A stretch of DNA of 64,000 nt from Patescibacteria group bacterium (GTDB lineage Bacteria; Patescibacteriota; Kazan-3B-28; UBA10110). The DNA lies in assembly GCA_041659905.1 (NCBI GenBank), contig JBAZXK010000001.1:122670-186669 (forward strand), in the 5' to 3' direction. Numbering within the stretch: the first letter of the stretch is position 1; the number at the start of each line of letters is the position of its first letter. Positions 9,679-25,397 of this stretch are shown one piece after another. The notes under the pieces are model-generated. The model was given only the letters and a program-made list of their open reading frames with translations. It ran no database searches and had not been told where the DNA came from. The translations under genes were made by a program, and so were the position numbers.

Positions 9679-12528
9679 GTGGCGCTAGTGAACGAATTTA
9701 TTGAGATTAAAGGGGCTTGTGAACACAACCTCAAAGGTGTTGATGTTAAACTCCCTCGCAATCAATTTATTGTGATTACTGGATTGTCTGGTTCGGGCAA
9801 AAGCTCGTTAGCTTTTGATACTATTTATGCCGAAGGCCAGCGCCGTTATGTCGAATCGCTGTCTGCTTATGCTCGGCAGTTTTTAGGAGTAATGGAAAAG
9901 CCTAATGTAGAAAGCATTACCGGGTTGTCGCCAGCAATTTCTATCGACCAAAAATCTTCTTCTTCTAACCCTCGGTCAACCGTGGGAACGATTACAGAAA
10001 TCTATGATTATCTCCGTCTGTTGTATGCCCGGATTGGTCTACCACATTGTTATAAATGCGGCGCGGTGGTGGCCAAGCAGACGGTGGACCAAATTGTTGA
10101 TCAGATCCAAAAATTACCTGTAAGCAAATTTGCTCTTCTGGCCCCGATGGTATCTGCCAAAAAAGGCGAAGGGAAAGAAGTTTTACAAAATATTAAAAAA
10201 ACAGGATTTTTAAGGGCGAGAATTGATGGAAAAATGGTAGATTTGGATAGCAAAATCGAATTGGCTAAAACTCAAAATCATACTATTGAAGCTGTGATAG
10301 ACCGGCTAGATCTGGCCCAAATAAATAATAACTCTAATCGCAGTCGCATTACCCAATCCGTAGAAACGGCTGTTCGTTTGGGTGAGGGGACAATTATAGT
10401 TTGGGACATAGAAAAAGATAAAGAATGGTTTTTTTCTGAAAGTTTAGCTTGCCCTAAGTGCAGTGTGAGCATTCCGGAGCTCGAACCCAGAAGTTTCTCT
10501 TTCAATAATCCTAAGGGTGCTTGTCCGGCTTGCACGGGATTAGGCATTACCAAGGAGATCGATCCTGAGCTATTGATTCCGAATAAAAAATTGTCCATCA
10601 ACGAAGGAGCCATCCGGGCAGGAGGTTTTAGTATGAGCAGCGGGACAGGTTGGGTGCAAAAAATTTTGGAAGGAGTCGGGAAAAAGTATGGTTTTAAACT
10701 AGATCGGCCGGTAGAAGAATTTTCGCCCAAAGCTTGGCAAGCGCTTTTGTATGGTACTGGCGAAGAAGAAGTCGTGATACATCATCAAAGTACGCATGGG
10801 CGTCGGCTTAATGAATATGTAGTTAAATTTGAAGGAGTCATTCCTAATTTATTGCGGCGGTATAAAGAAACTGATTCCGATTTTGTGCGAGCTGAAATTG
10901 ATAAGGCCATGATTGAGCGCATTTGTTCGGTCTGTAAGGGCGGCCGCTTGCGCCCAGAATCAGTCGCGGTTACCGTCGGAGACCAATCGATTGTGCAAGT
11001 TTCGGCCATGTCGGTGGAACAGATGGTCAAGTGGTTCGATCAATTGCAATTGAATCAGCAAGAAACTTTTATTTCCCAACAGATCCTCAAAGAGTTGAAA
11101 GAGCGAGTTAGGTTTTTAGAACGAGTCGGTTTAAATTATTTGACCTTAAATCGGAGCGCGACCACTTTGTCGGGCGGAGAAGCCCAACGGATTCGTTTAG
11201 CCACCCAGATTGGTTCTGGCCTGTCGGGTGTGATCTACATTTTAGATGAACCATCAATTGGCTTGCACCAGCATGATAATAATAAATTGATCCAATCATT
11301 AAAAGGTTTACGCGATCTCGGCAATACGGTAATTGTGGTAGAACACGATGCGGAAACTATTTTAGCAGCCGATTACGTGGTGGATATGGGGCCGGGAGCG
11401 GGTGATTTTGGGGGAGAAATTATTGCCGTGGGCACGCCAGGAGAAATTAAGAAAAATCCGAAATCATTAACGGGACAATATTTGTCGGGTCGCAAGAGTA
11501 TTCCTTTACCGGCCCAGCGGCGTAAGAGTAATGGGAAAAAACTGGTGGTCCGTGGTGCCGCCGAATTCAATCTCCAAGACATTGATGTCGAATTTCCTTT
11601 GGGGTTATTAGTAGGAGTGACGGGTTTGTCAGGCTCTGGTAAATCGACTCTCGTGAATGAAATTTTGGCCAAAAAATTGACTAACGTTTTGCATGGAGCT
11701 CATCAACTACCAGGTAAACATCGGGTAGTGGAAGGGATTGATTATATAGACAAGATTATTACGATCGATCAATCGCCGATTGGCCGCAGTCCCCGCAGTA
11801 ATCCGGCGACTTATACCGGGGTATTCACGGATGTGCGCGATCTGTTTGCTAAATTACCGGAGGCCAAAATCCGCGGATATCAACAGGGTAGATTTAGTTT
11901 TAATGTCAAAGGCGGTCGCTGCGAGAATTGCGCCGGCGATGGGGTAATCAAAATTGAGATGCATTTTTTGCCCGATGTGTATGTGACTTGCGATGTCTGT
12001 AAGGGCAAACGCTACAATCATGAAGTATTGGAGATTTGTTTTAACGGAAAGAATATCTCCGAGGTATTGGAAATGACAGTGACTGAAGCGCTGGGTTTCT
12101 TTCAAAACATTCCGGCGATCAGAAATAAACTGAGTGTTCTGCAAGAAGTAGGTTTGGGTTATATCAAGTTGGGCCAACCGGCTACTCAGCTATCCGGAGG
12201 GGAGGCGCAAAGAATTAAATTAGCCGCTGAACTGTCTCGCCGCAGTACTGGAAAAACCCTCTATGTTTTGGATGAACCCACTACCGGACTGCATTTTGAT
12301 GATATTAAACGGCTGCTGGAAGTACTGAATAAATTAGTGGATAAGGGCAACACGGTTTTAGTGATCGAGCACAATATGGATGTCATTAAAACGGTCGACT
12401 GGATTATTGATTTAGGTCCCGAGGGCGGGGATAAAGGCGGCGAAGTTGTCGCCGTAGGCACTCCAGAAGATATTACTAAGGTTAAACAAAGTTACACCGG
12501 CCAGTATCTAAAAAAAGTTTTAGGTTGA
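9679..12528 (+). CDS. uvrA: Excinuclease ABC subunit A
   Basis: Two ABC ATPase domains (GLSGSGKS twice, LSGGEAQRI twice) and zinc fingers. Confidence 0.99.
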   Translation: MALVNEFIEIKGACEHNLKGVDVKLPRNQFIVITGLSGSGKSSLAFDTIYAEGQRRYVESLSAYARQFLGVMEKPNVESITGLSPAISIDQKSSSSNPRSTVGTITEIYDYLRLLYARIGLPHCYKCGAVVAKQTVDQIVDQIQKLPVSKFALLAPMVSAKKGEGKEVLQNIKKTGFLRARIDGKMVDLDSKIELAKTQNHTIEAVIDRLDLAQINNNSNRSRITQSVETAVRLGEGTIIVWDIEKDKEWFFSESLACPKCSVSIPELEPRSFSFNNPKGACPACTGLGITKEIDPELLIPNKKLSINEGAIRAGGFSMSSGTGWVQKILEGVGKKYGFKLDRPVEEFSPKAWQALLYGTGEEEVVIHHQSTHGRRLNEYVVKFEGVIPNLLRRYKETDSDFVRAEIDKAMIERICSVCKGGRLRPESVAVTVGDQSIVQVSAMSVEQMVKWFDQLQLNQQETFISQQILKELKERVRFLERVGLNYLTLNRSATTLSGGEAQRIRLATQIGSGLSGVIYILDEPSIGLHQHDNNKLIQSLKGLRDLGNTVIVVEHDAETILAADYVVDMGPGAGDFGGEIIAVGTPGEIKKNPKSLTGQYLSGRKSIPLPAQRRKSNGKKLVVRGAAEFNLQDIDVEFPLGLLVGVTGLSGSGKSTLVNEILAKKLTNVLHGAHQLPGKHRVVEGIDYIDKIITIDQSPIGRSPRSNPATYTGVFTDVRDLFAKLPEAKIRGYQQGRFSFNVKGGRCENCAGDGVIKIEMHFLPDVYVTCDVCKGKRYNHEVLEICFNGKNISEVLEMTVTEALGFFQNIPAIRNKLSVLQEVGLGYIKLGQPATQLSGGEAQRIKLAAELSRRSTGKTLYVLDEPTTGLHFDDIKRLLEVLNKLVDKGNTVLVIEHNMDVIKTVDWIIDLGPEGGDKGGEVVAVGTPEDITKVKQSYTGQYLKKVLG

Positions 12529-12553
12529 TGGTTGCTCAATTAGTTCTAGAAAG

Positions 12554-14494
12554 TTGGTTATGATTCAGGTACGATTTAAACCAGATTTGGGGAAGATGCC
12601 GCGGCAGCCGGGGTGCTATTTGATGTCTGACAAAACTGGCAAAGTAATTTATGTGGGCAAGGCGGTAGATCTCCGCAAACGAGTGGCGTCTTATTGGAAC
12701 AAAACTAACCAGCCGATTAAGACCAGTAAACTGTTGGAAAAAGTAGCCAAACTGAATTTTATGATCACCGATACCGAAACCGAAGCTTTGATTCTAGAAA
12801 ATCAGTTAATCAAAAAGCACATGCCCCAATTCAATATTCTACTGCGGGATGATAAAAGCTATCAGTATATTAGGATTGATCTTAATCAGCCCTATCCGGT
12901 GATTGAGGTGGTGCGCAATCCACGCACAATTAAAAAAGAGGCTCGGGTGCGCTATTTTGGGCCCTATACCAGCGGATTGGCGGTAAAATATACTTTACAG
13001 TTGATCAATAAAATTTTTCCGCTGTGTGCTAATGCGGCCATTTTAAATAAAAATGTGCCAACTTCATGTCATTCTGAGCGTAACGAAGTGAAGTCGAAGA
13101 ATCTACGAGCACCAACTTCGAGATCCCTCGACTGCGCTCGGGATGACAAAAGAAAAGGTGGGGTGAAACCCTGTTTGAATTGGCATCTGGGCAAATGTCT
13201 GGGTGTATGTGTCGGACAAAGTTCCAGTGCCGAATATCATCAAGTGGTGCATGAAGTAATCGATTTTTTGAGCGGTAAGGCCAAAGATTGGCGGAAGTAT
13301 TTGCGAGAGCGGATGGAAGCGGCTGCGGCGGGCAAACGCTTTGAAGACGCGCTGAAGCTCCGCGAACAAATTGCCGCCCTTGATATTATTGTTTCCAAGC
13401 AAAAAGTGGCCCAGCCGGATGAATTGATTAGTCAGGATATTTGGGGCTGGCTGGTAACCTCCGAACAGGCGGTGGTGACTATTTCGAAGATCAGACAAGG
13501 AAAAGTAATCGATTATCAAACATTTGTGTTGCGTTTGCCGATGGAAATCAAGTTAGACGAATTTGTCGGGGAAGCGCTCCGGTCAATTTATTCCGCCACC
13601 CTGGATAACTGGCCGAAAGAAATTTTATTGCCGCATTTGCCTAAAGATAGGGTGGCGTTAGAAAAATGGTTGAGTAATTTAGCCGGTCATACCGTCAGAA
13701 TTGCCGTGCCGCAAAAGGGGATTAAAAAACAATTATCTCTCTTGGTGCAAAAAAATGCCGTAGAACAAGCCAGCGCTAAAGTTGGCGCCAATTTGCAAAT
13801 TAAAACTGCCCTCACCCGGCTGCAAAAGTTATTGCAGATCAAACGCCTCAAGCGGATTGAAGCGTATGACATTTCTCATTTGGGCGGGACGGCCACCGTG
13901 GGTTCTATGGTAGTATTTGTGGATGGCAAACCAGCCAAAGCGCAATATCGGCGGTTTCGGATTAAAACCGTGCGTGGGATTGACGATTATGCGTCTTTGG
14001 GCGAAATGATTTATCGCCGCCTGCGTCCGCGGCGCTTAGCCGACAAACGATTTGCCGAAAATCTGCCCGATTTGATTTTGATTGATGGCGGTAAAGGGCA
14101 ATTAAACACTATCATTCGCCAAACCAATCAAATCAATTTACCTAATCTCCCTAAGATTATAAGTTTAGCTAAACGGGAAGAAGAAATTTTTGCGTCCGAT
14201 CAAGCTACGGGGATTAAATTATCTTTGAGTTCGCCGGAACTGCAACTATTACAACGAATTCGTGACGAAGCCCATCGCTTCGCGATTTCTTACCAAGCTG
14301 TGTTGCATAGCCGGGAGTTACGAGGCACCACCAAGATCCCCGGCATCGGCCCGGCCACGCAGAAAAAACTAGTCAAAGTCTTCGGAAGCTTGCGGGCCGC
14401 CCGCCAGGCCAGTCTAAGTGAGCTAGAAAAAATAGTTGGACAAAAAGCCCGCCTGATCAAAGATAATTTGTCAGATTCTGCCAGAGGTTTATGA
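12554..14494 (+). CDS. uvrC: Excinuclease ABC subunit C, carrying an in-frame palindromic insertion
   Basis: GIY-YIG domain (PGCY..IYVGKA.DLRKRV), IEAYDISH, PDLILIDGGKGQ, RIRDEAHRFA, HhH. Confidence 0.97.
   Translation: MVMIQVRFKPDLGKMPRQPGCYLMSDKTGKVIYVGKAVDLRKRVASYWNKTNQPIKTSKLLEKVAKLNFMITDTETEALILENQLIKKHMPQFNILLRDDKSYQYIRIDLNQPYPVIEVVRNPRTIKKEARVRYFGPYTSGLAVKYTLQLINKIFPLCANAAILNKNVPTSCHSERNEVKSKNLRAPTSRSLDCARDDKRKGGVKPCLNWHLGKCLGVCVGQSSSAEYHQVVHEVIDFLSGKAKDWRKYLRERMEAAAAGKRFEDALKLREQIAALDIIVSKQKVAQPDELISQDIWGWLVTSEQAVVTISKIRQGKVIDYQTFVLRLPMEIKLDEFVGEALRSIYSATLDNWPKEILLPHLPKDRVALEKWLSNLAGHTVRIAVPQKGIKKQLSLLVQKNAVEQASAKVGANLQIKTALTRLQKLLQIKRLKRIEAYDISHLGGTATVGSMVVFVDGKPAKAQYRRFRIKTVRGIDDYASLGEMIYRRLRPRRLADKRFAENLPDLILIDGGKGQLNTIIRQTNQINLPNLPKIISLAKREEEIFASDQATGIKLSLSSPELQLLQRIRDEAHRFAISYQAVLHSRELRGTTKIPGIGPATQKKLVKVFGSLRAARQASLSELEKIVGQKARLIKDNLSDSARGL
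13067..13148. repeat. Palindromic element, GTCAT..ATGAC family, inside uvrC
   Basis: tgtcattctgagcg...cgctcgggatgaca; same termini as 23497, 49477 and 60464. Confidence 0.9.
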
Positions 14495-14501
14495 TAAATC
14501 T

Positions 14502-14777
14502 ATGCATCAACATCAATTAAAATTAGCTGGGTTAGTAGCAGGGGTCATTGTAGTGGTAGGAGTGCTAAGCATACTAGTATTCACTCCGGACGGGATTAGT
14601 GGGATTAGCGCTGATATTGGGGAGAAACCTTCCTTAGAAGGCTATGCTTTGATTTCTAAGCCAGTTTGGGAAGATGCCGTTATTAAATTAAAAAGCTATC
14701 AAGAAGCAGATAACAACACAAGAGAACAAATAATACAAGAGGTATTACAGGTGTTAGAATCGGCCCAGGTCAATTAG
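14502..14777 (+). CDS. Hypothetical protein with N-terminal membrane anchor
   Basis: TM segment; TATGAT 6 nt upstream of the ATG. Confidence 0.65.
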   Translation: MHQHQLKLAGLVAGVIVVVGVLSILVFTPDGISGISADIGEKPSLEGYALISKPVWEDAVIKLKSYQEADNNTREQIIQEVLQVLESAQVN

Positions 14778-14807
14778 TGTCAAGTTGTAGGAAATAAGCT
14801 GCTAGAG

Positions 14808-14829
14808 CCCCTTTCTGGATGGAAAGGGG
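14808..14829 (+). terminator. Intrinsic terminator
   Basis: cccctttc-N6-gaaagggg followed by an AT-rich tract. Confidence 0.6.
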
Positions 14830-14841
14830 ATTATTTATATA

Positions 14842-14870
14842 TTGACATAAATTTAGTAATGTGATATAAT
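14842..14870 (+). promoter_or_regulatory. Consensus sigma70 promoter
   Basis: TTGACA-17 nt-TATAAT. Confidence 0.85.
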
Positions 14871-14905
14871 TTAATTAGTAAAGTCGGTATAATAAATAGT
14901 AAGAG

Positions 14906-16075
14906 ATGGACACAATTAACCCTATCCAATCAGATGCTTCAGCCCAACCCGGAGGAGACGGCTCTCTTTTAAAAAGATTTCTGTCTGAAAGCGAAACTGC
15001 CCAAATGAACATTCTCAAGCCGTTCAAACTGGTTAGTGGGGTTTTGGGTGATCTGCGCGAGCGCGAACGAGAAGTATTGGTTATGCGCTACGGTTTATCT
15101 AATAGTGAAGCCAGTAAGGAAACGCTAGAAAGTATCGGCCGGCGTTTTACTGTGACCCGGGAAAGAGTCCGCCAAATTGAACACGCTGCCTTAAAAAAGG
15201 TGAGCAAGAAATTTTCCGGATCATTGAAACCAATTATTAAAGCTATTGAGAGTTATCTTCTGGCCAATGGTAATATTGCTGAAATGGAACACTTGGCTCA
15301 ATATTTTCATTTGCAGCCAGACAATTTAGATGCTCAGCTTGATGCCAAAGCTTTACGGTTATTAATGGATGCCTATGATAAAGTAGTCCCGCTCAAAAAA
15401 CAACCTTTGTTTAAAGAAGGCTGGGTAGCCAAGACTATCACTCAAGATTTATTAGTTCAAATTGAAGCTCAGGCGCAAAAGACTTTAGAACTCTCCGGTA
15501 AAGCTATATCCGAAACAGAATTAGTGCGGCAAATCAATCAACAATTACCCAATATTGATAGCGCTTTGATCGCCGGGGTTTTCAAAGTCAGCCATAAGCT
15601 AGGCTTAGATCATCAAGGAGCTTGGGGTTTATCGGCTTGGCCGCTGGTGATGCCGCGGCGGATCCGCGATAAAGTGTTTATTGTCTTAGAAGAAGCTGGC
15701 AAACCGCTGCACTTTGAAGACATTACTCGTTTAATCCAAAAAAGATATCCATCCGAGAAAAAAGTATTGAATCGGACTGTTCATAATGAACTGATTGGCG
15801 ACGCTAGATTTGTCCTAGTAGGGCGCGGGATTTATGCCCTGAGAGTCTGGGGATATCAACCCGGAGTCGTGGCGGATGTTATCAAGCAAATATTACAAAA
15901 AGCAGGTCGGCCGCTAACGGTAGGAGAAATAGTGGCGGAAGTGCTGAAGAGCCGACAAGTGAAAAAGAATACTATTATTGCCAACTTACAGAATCACGCC
16001 TTGTTCAAAAAGGTAGCTAAATCTACTTATGTATTGTCGGGTGATCCATCTAACCCCGAACCCCATGTTAATTAA
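14906..16075 (+). CDS. Sigma-70 region-4-like HTH plus tandem HARE-HTH domain protein
   Basis: ETLESIGRRFTVTRERVRQIE (sigma r4), GKPLHFEDI..TVHNELIGDARFVLVGRGIYAL, and a second winged HTH. Confidence 0.8.
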   Translation: MDTINPIQSDASAQPGGDGSLLKRFLSESETAQMNILKPFKLVSGVLGDLREREREVLVMRYGLSNSEASKETLESIGRRFTVTRERVRQIEHAALKKVSKKFSGSLKPIIKAIESYLLANGNIAEMEHLAQYFHLQPDNLDAQLDAKALRLLMDAYDKVVPLKKQPLFKEGWVAKTITQDLLVQIEAQAQKTLELSGKAISETELVRQINQQLPNIDSALIAGVFKVSHKLGLDHQGAWGLSAWPLVMPRRIRDKVFIVLEEAGKPLHFEDITRLIQKRYPSEKKVLNRTVHNELIGDARFVLVGRGIYALRVWGYQPGVVADVIKQILQKAGRPLTVGEIVAEVLKSRQVKKNTIIANLQNHALFKKVAKSTYVLSGDPSNPEPHVN

Positions 16076-16087
16076 GGAGACACACTG

Positions 16088-21644
<5,557 letters not shown>

Positions 21645-21692
21645 TCTCATCAACAATAAAATCTGTTAGAATGGGAGTGATAATAATAAAGT

Positions 21693-21734
21693 TGTCCCGA
21701 TGTCCCGATCCAGTAAGTATCGGGAAGCGGGACA
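21693..21734. repeat. Nested short palindrome
   Basis: tgtcccg[atg tcccgat..atcggga ag]cgggaca in an intergenic gap. Confidence 0.55.
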
Positions 21735-21756
21735 CATCTAACGATGTGGAGGGATT

Positions 21757-22527
21757 ATGGATTGGAAGAATAGAGATTACTTCAAGTGGACAATTATTGG
21801 GGCTTTGATCGTTTTCGCGCTTAGTGCCGTAGCGTATGTCTATGCTTATTCGCGGACGATGCAGCCGGCCTCGGCTTTTAGTGTGAGTGCCGAAGGCAAG
21901 GTGGTGATGGTGCCAGATACCGCTAAATTTACCTTTACGGTAGTAACACAGGGCGGTACTGACCCGGTGAAATTACAGAAAGACAACACCACTAAAGTCA
22001 ATGCCATCATCAAATATCTACAAGATCAAGGTATTGATAAAAAAGATATTAAAACAGAAGGATATTATCTAAATCCGCAATATAGCTATCCGGTATGTCG
22101 GGAAGGAGCCTGTCCTCCGCCTAAGATCAATGGTTATGAAGTCAGAAACATCACTTCTGTTAAAACTAAAGATTTAGACAAAGCCGGTGCGCTACTTTCA
22201 GGGGTGACCGAAAAAGGCGCCAACGAAGTTTCTGGTCTCGAATTAACTGTAGATGACAAAACCGCCGTCGAAAATCAAGCTCGGGAAGAGGCGATGAAAA
22301 AAGCCACCGACAAAGCTCGGTCAATGGCTAAAGCCGGTGGATTTAGATTGGGTCGCTTGCTTTCGATTGATGAATATTCTCCAGGCGGTGTAACGCCGAT
22401 GTATGGCTATGGTATGGGGGGAGGAGAAAAAACTATTTCATCCCCGACCCCAGCCGTAGATGTGAACGTGCAACCTGGTTCTCAAGAATTTATCGTGAAT
22501 GTTAATCTGAGATACGAGATCAGGTAA
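21757..22527 (+). CDS. SIMPL/DUF541 domain protein
   Basis: VSAEGKVVMVPDTA, DIKTEGYYLNPQY, AREEAMKKA..KA, PGSQEFIVNVNLRYEI. Confidence 0.9.
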   Translation: MDWKNRDYFKWTIIGALIVFALSAVAYVYAYSRTMQPASAFSVSAEGKVVMVPDTAKFTFTVVTQGGTDPVKLQKDNTTKVNAIIKYLQDQGIDKKDIKTEGYYLNPQYSYPVCREGACPPPKINGYEVRNITSVKTKDLDKAGALLSGVTEKGANEVSGLELTVDDKTAVENQAREEAMKKATDKARSMAKAGGFRLGRLLSIDEYSPGGVTPMYGYGMGGGEKTISSPTPAVDVNVQPGSQEFIVNVNLRYEIR

Positions 22528-22630
22528 CCAAGCCTCTATAAATTAGATTTACTAGTCCTAGAGTTGATTTTTTCTCTAGAGTCTGTATATTGAAATTACC
22601 AAATTTCTCAAAAAGAGAGAGGTGAACCTT

Positions 22631-23083
22631 GTGAATAAGAATAATAATTACGACGATCCAGCGACAATTGCCGCAACAGTGGCCCCATCGGTGTACCGGA
22701 TCACTACATTTCTTCAAAATCAATCGGGCTGGACTGGAATGGGTCTAGTTCTGCCAATGGAAGCTGCGGGAACATATTTTCCCATCGGTAATATCAATAC
22801 CAGTCTGGCAAGCACGCTCCATGAAGAGTTACTCTCCTATGTCCGGCTTTGCAAGCAGAATTACACTACCATTGATATGCGCAAATCTGAAAATGCCGGA
22901 GAGACTGCCTGGAAGATTATCAATGAAGTTGGTGGATTCCAGGGTATTATTATTCTGGCATTATCTAGCGTTGATGGTTCGGAGAGAGAAGAGTTCTGTC
23001 TGGCACACATTATTTCTGCTCCTGGATATGCTCAGGACTTGTGGAAAGTAGCAGAGCAAGTGTTGCTCGAAGATGGGCAGTAA
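22631..23083 (+). CDS. Orphan hypothetical protein
   Basis: TTGATT-16-TATATT promoter, GAGGTG SD before GTG 22631, terminator at 23117. Confidence 0.6.
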   Translation: MNKNNNYDDPATIAATVAPSVYRITTFLQNQSGWTGMGLVLPMEAAGTYFPIGNINTSLASTLHEELLSYVRLCKQNYTTIDMRKSENAGETAWKIINEVGGFQGIIILALSSVDGSEREEFCLAHIISAPGYAQDLWKVAEQVLLEDGQ

Positions 23084-23116
23084 ATTAAAACACAGACTGC
23101 TAAAGCGCTTTGATCG

Positions 23117-23142
23117 AGGCCTGGGAATTACCAGGCCTTTTT
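23117..23142 (+). terminator. Intrinsic terminator
   Basis: aggcctgg-N6-ccaggcct followed by a T run. Confidence 0.8.
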
Positions 23143-23184
23143 TGTATCATTGGGAGAGTCAAAACTTCAAGGTATAATAATCTT

Positions 23185-23484
23185 ATGAGTTTAGATGAAA
23201 AAGAAGTCCAGTGGGTGGCCAATTTGGCCAAACTGGAGCTGACTGACGCTGAAAGTGTGCAATATGCCGACCAACTATCAGCCATTTTGGGGTATGTGGC
23301 CGAGTTGCAGTCGGTTGACATCAGTCAAGTTGAGGCCGTCGGGCAAATCACCGGGCTGACTAACCAACTGGCTCAAGATGAAGTGAGGGAGGGTAGTATT
23401 CCGAGAGAAAAACTATTGGTGAATGCGCCAGCGCAAGAAAAAGGCTACATTAAAGTAAAAAGTATTTTTGGCAGAGCCACATAA
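23185..23484 (+). CDS. gatC: Asp/Glu-tRNA amidotransferase subunit C
   Basis: EVQWVANLAKLEL..LSAILGYVAEL..NAP...GYIKV. ATG 23185 lies 6 nt after TATAAT. Confidence 0.92.
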   Translation: MSLDEKEVQWVANLAKLELTDAESVQYADQLSAILGYVAELQSVDISQVEAVGQITGLTNQLAQDEVREGSIPREKLLVNAPAQEKGYIKVKSIFGRAT

Positions 23485-23496
23485 AGAATTAAAAAT

Positions 23497-23576
23497 TGTC
23501 ATCCCGGACCGGATTGCCAGAGGTGAATCAGGATCCGGGATCCAGGCCTAGATTCCGGATCAAGTCCGGAATGACA
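23497..23576. repeat. Palindromic element, GTCAT..ATGAC family, between gatC and gatA
   Basis: tgtcatcccggac...gtccggaatgaca. Confidence 0.85.
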
Positions 23577-23587
23577 CAGAGTAATAT

Positions 23588-24991
23588 ATGAATATTGCGG
23601 AAGCGAAAAAAATAGATTTAACCCAGTGTTTAGCTGACATTAAATTAGCTCAAAATAAGCTAAATATTTTAATTTCTGTAGCTGATAAACCTAGTAAGCT
23701 GGACAAAGGCATTTTAAATGTACCCTGTTTAATAAAAGACAACATCACAACATTGGATTTTCCGACCACTTGTGCTTCTAAAATACTCAAGGATTTTCAT
23801 TCTCCGTATGAAGCAACTGTGATAACGAAATTGAAACAAGCCGGGGTCTGGGTAGCCGGCAAGGCAAATTTAGACGAATTTGCCATGGGTGCATCGACGG
23901 AAAATTCTGCGTTTGGTCCGACTAAGAATCCAGTGGATATAACTCGAGTGCCGGGGGGCAGTTCGGGCGGTTCTGTGGCCGCTGTGGCGGCAGGAGTGGT
24001 GCCATTTGCCCTCGGGAGCGACACAGCTGGGTCGGTACGCCAGCCAGCAGCTTTTTGCGGTGTAGTGGGCATTAAACCCACCTATGGCCGTGTTAGTCGC
24101 TATGGATTAGTGGCGATGGCGAGTTCTCTGGATCAGATCAGCCCTGTGGCTAATACAGTCGAAGACTGTGCTTTAGTTTTACAAACGATTGCCGGTAAGG
24201 ATGAACTAGATGCAACTTCTTTAGATGCCCCCGTGCCTAATTATGTACAAGAAATTAAACAGGATATTAAAGGACTCCGGATCGGCGTTCCAGCTGAATG
24301 TTTTGATACCGGCATTGATGCAAACATTTGTACGGCTGTGCAATCCGCTATCCAGCACATGAAATCTTTGGGAGCGGAAATTATTGATATTAATTTGCCT
24401 TACACCAAGCAAGCGTTAGCTACTTATTATATTATTCAACCGGCAGAAGTATCGGCTAATTTAGCGCGTTACGACGGAGTAAAATATGGATTGTCCGCGG
24501 GTGGTGATGACAAAATAGAAACCATTACTGAAATGTATCGAAAAACTCGGGCGGCGGGATTTGGCCCGGAAGTAAAGCGGAGAATTATGTTGGGCACTTA
24601 TGCCACTTCGGCCGGATTTCGCGATGCTTATTATGATCGAGCCCGCAAAGTTGCGACATTGATCAAACAAGATTTTGACGAAGCTTTCAAAAAAGTGGAT
24701 GTAATTATCACGCCAACCACCCCCACTACTGCCTTTAAATTAGGCGAAAAAGTGAACGATCCCTTGGCGATGTATATGGCGGATTTGTTAACCGTATCCG
24801 CTAATATTGTCGGCATTCCTGCCATCTCCGTTCCTTGTGGCATGATTGAGGGCTTGCCGGTGGGTTTGCAAGTTATGGGGCCTCAATTAAGCGAGAGTTT
24901 AATTATGCGAACGGCTTACGCTTTTGAGCAATCCACTCAGGATATGCCGTGGCGCCAAGAACTAATTATTAAACAACAAAGCTGGCGATGA
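23588..24991 (+). CDS. gatA: Asp/Glu-tRNA amidotransferase subunit A
   Basis: Amidase signature [33 protein letters not shown]. Confidence 0.97.
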   Translation: MNIAEAKKIDLTQCLADIKLAQNKLNILISVADKPSKLDKGILNVPCLIKDNITTLDFPTTCASKILKDFHSPYEATVITKLKQAGVWVAGKANLDEFAMGASTENSAFGPTKNPVDITRVPGGSSGGSVAAVAAGVVPFALGSDTAGSVRQPAAFCGVVGIKPTYGRVSRYGLVAMASSLDQISPVANTVEDCALVLQTIAGKDELDATSLDAPVPNYVQEIKQDIKGLRIGVPAECFDTGIDANICTAVQSAIQHMKSLGAEIIDINLPYTKQALATYYIIQPAEVSANLARYDGVKYGLSAGGDDKIETITEMYRKTRAAGFGPEVKRRIMLGTYATSAGFRDAYYDRARKVATLIKQDFDEAFKKVDVIITPTTPTTAFKLGEKVNDPLAMYMADLLTVSANIVGIPAISVPCGMIEGLPVGLQVMGPQLSESLIMRTAYAFEQSTQDMPWRQELIIKQQSWR

Positions 24992-25395
24992 CAATATGGT
25001 ATTTATTGATTATCTTAGTGGTCGGTTTAGCATTGCTGTGGCTAGTTACCCGAGGATTAAAATCGCGGCGAGGGTTATCTCACCAGGATCAGGCCTTAGT
25101 AACCGCTAAATGGCGGGAGGTGGAGAAATTGATGGAACAAGGTCGCAGCAAAGAAGCTATCTTCGATGCCGATAAACTGCTAGATTTTATTTTTCGTAAG
25201 ATGAATTTTTCTGGAGAAACTTTTGCTGATCGCCTGAAAGCGGCGGAAAAATTTCTACCCAATTATCAAGATATTTGGGGAGCCCATAAATTAAGAAATA
25301 AACTCGCTCACGAAATAGATTTTCAACCTTCTCTTCACGAAGCCCAGCAAGCTATCGCTACTTTTGCGCGGGCTATCCGAAAATTAAATAGTTAG
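24988..25395 (+). CDS. Hypothetical membrane-anchored protein within the gat operon
   Basis: ATGA overlap with gatA; [10 protein letters not shown] and [13 protein letters not shown] motifs. Confidence 0.75.
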   Translation: MTIWYLLIILVVGLALLWLVTRGLKSRRGLSHQDQALVTAKWREVEKLMEQGRSKEAIFDADKLLDFIFRKMNFSGETFADRLKAAEKFLPNYQDIWGAHKLRNKLAHEIDFQPSLHEAQQAIATFARAIRKLNS

Positions 25396-25397
25396 TC

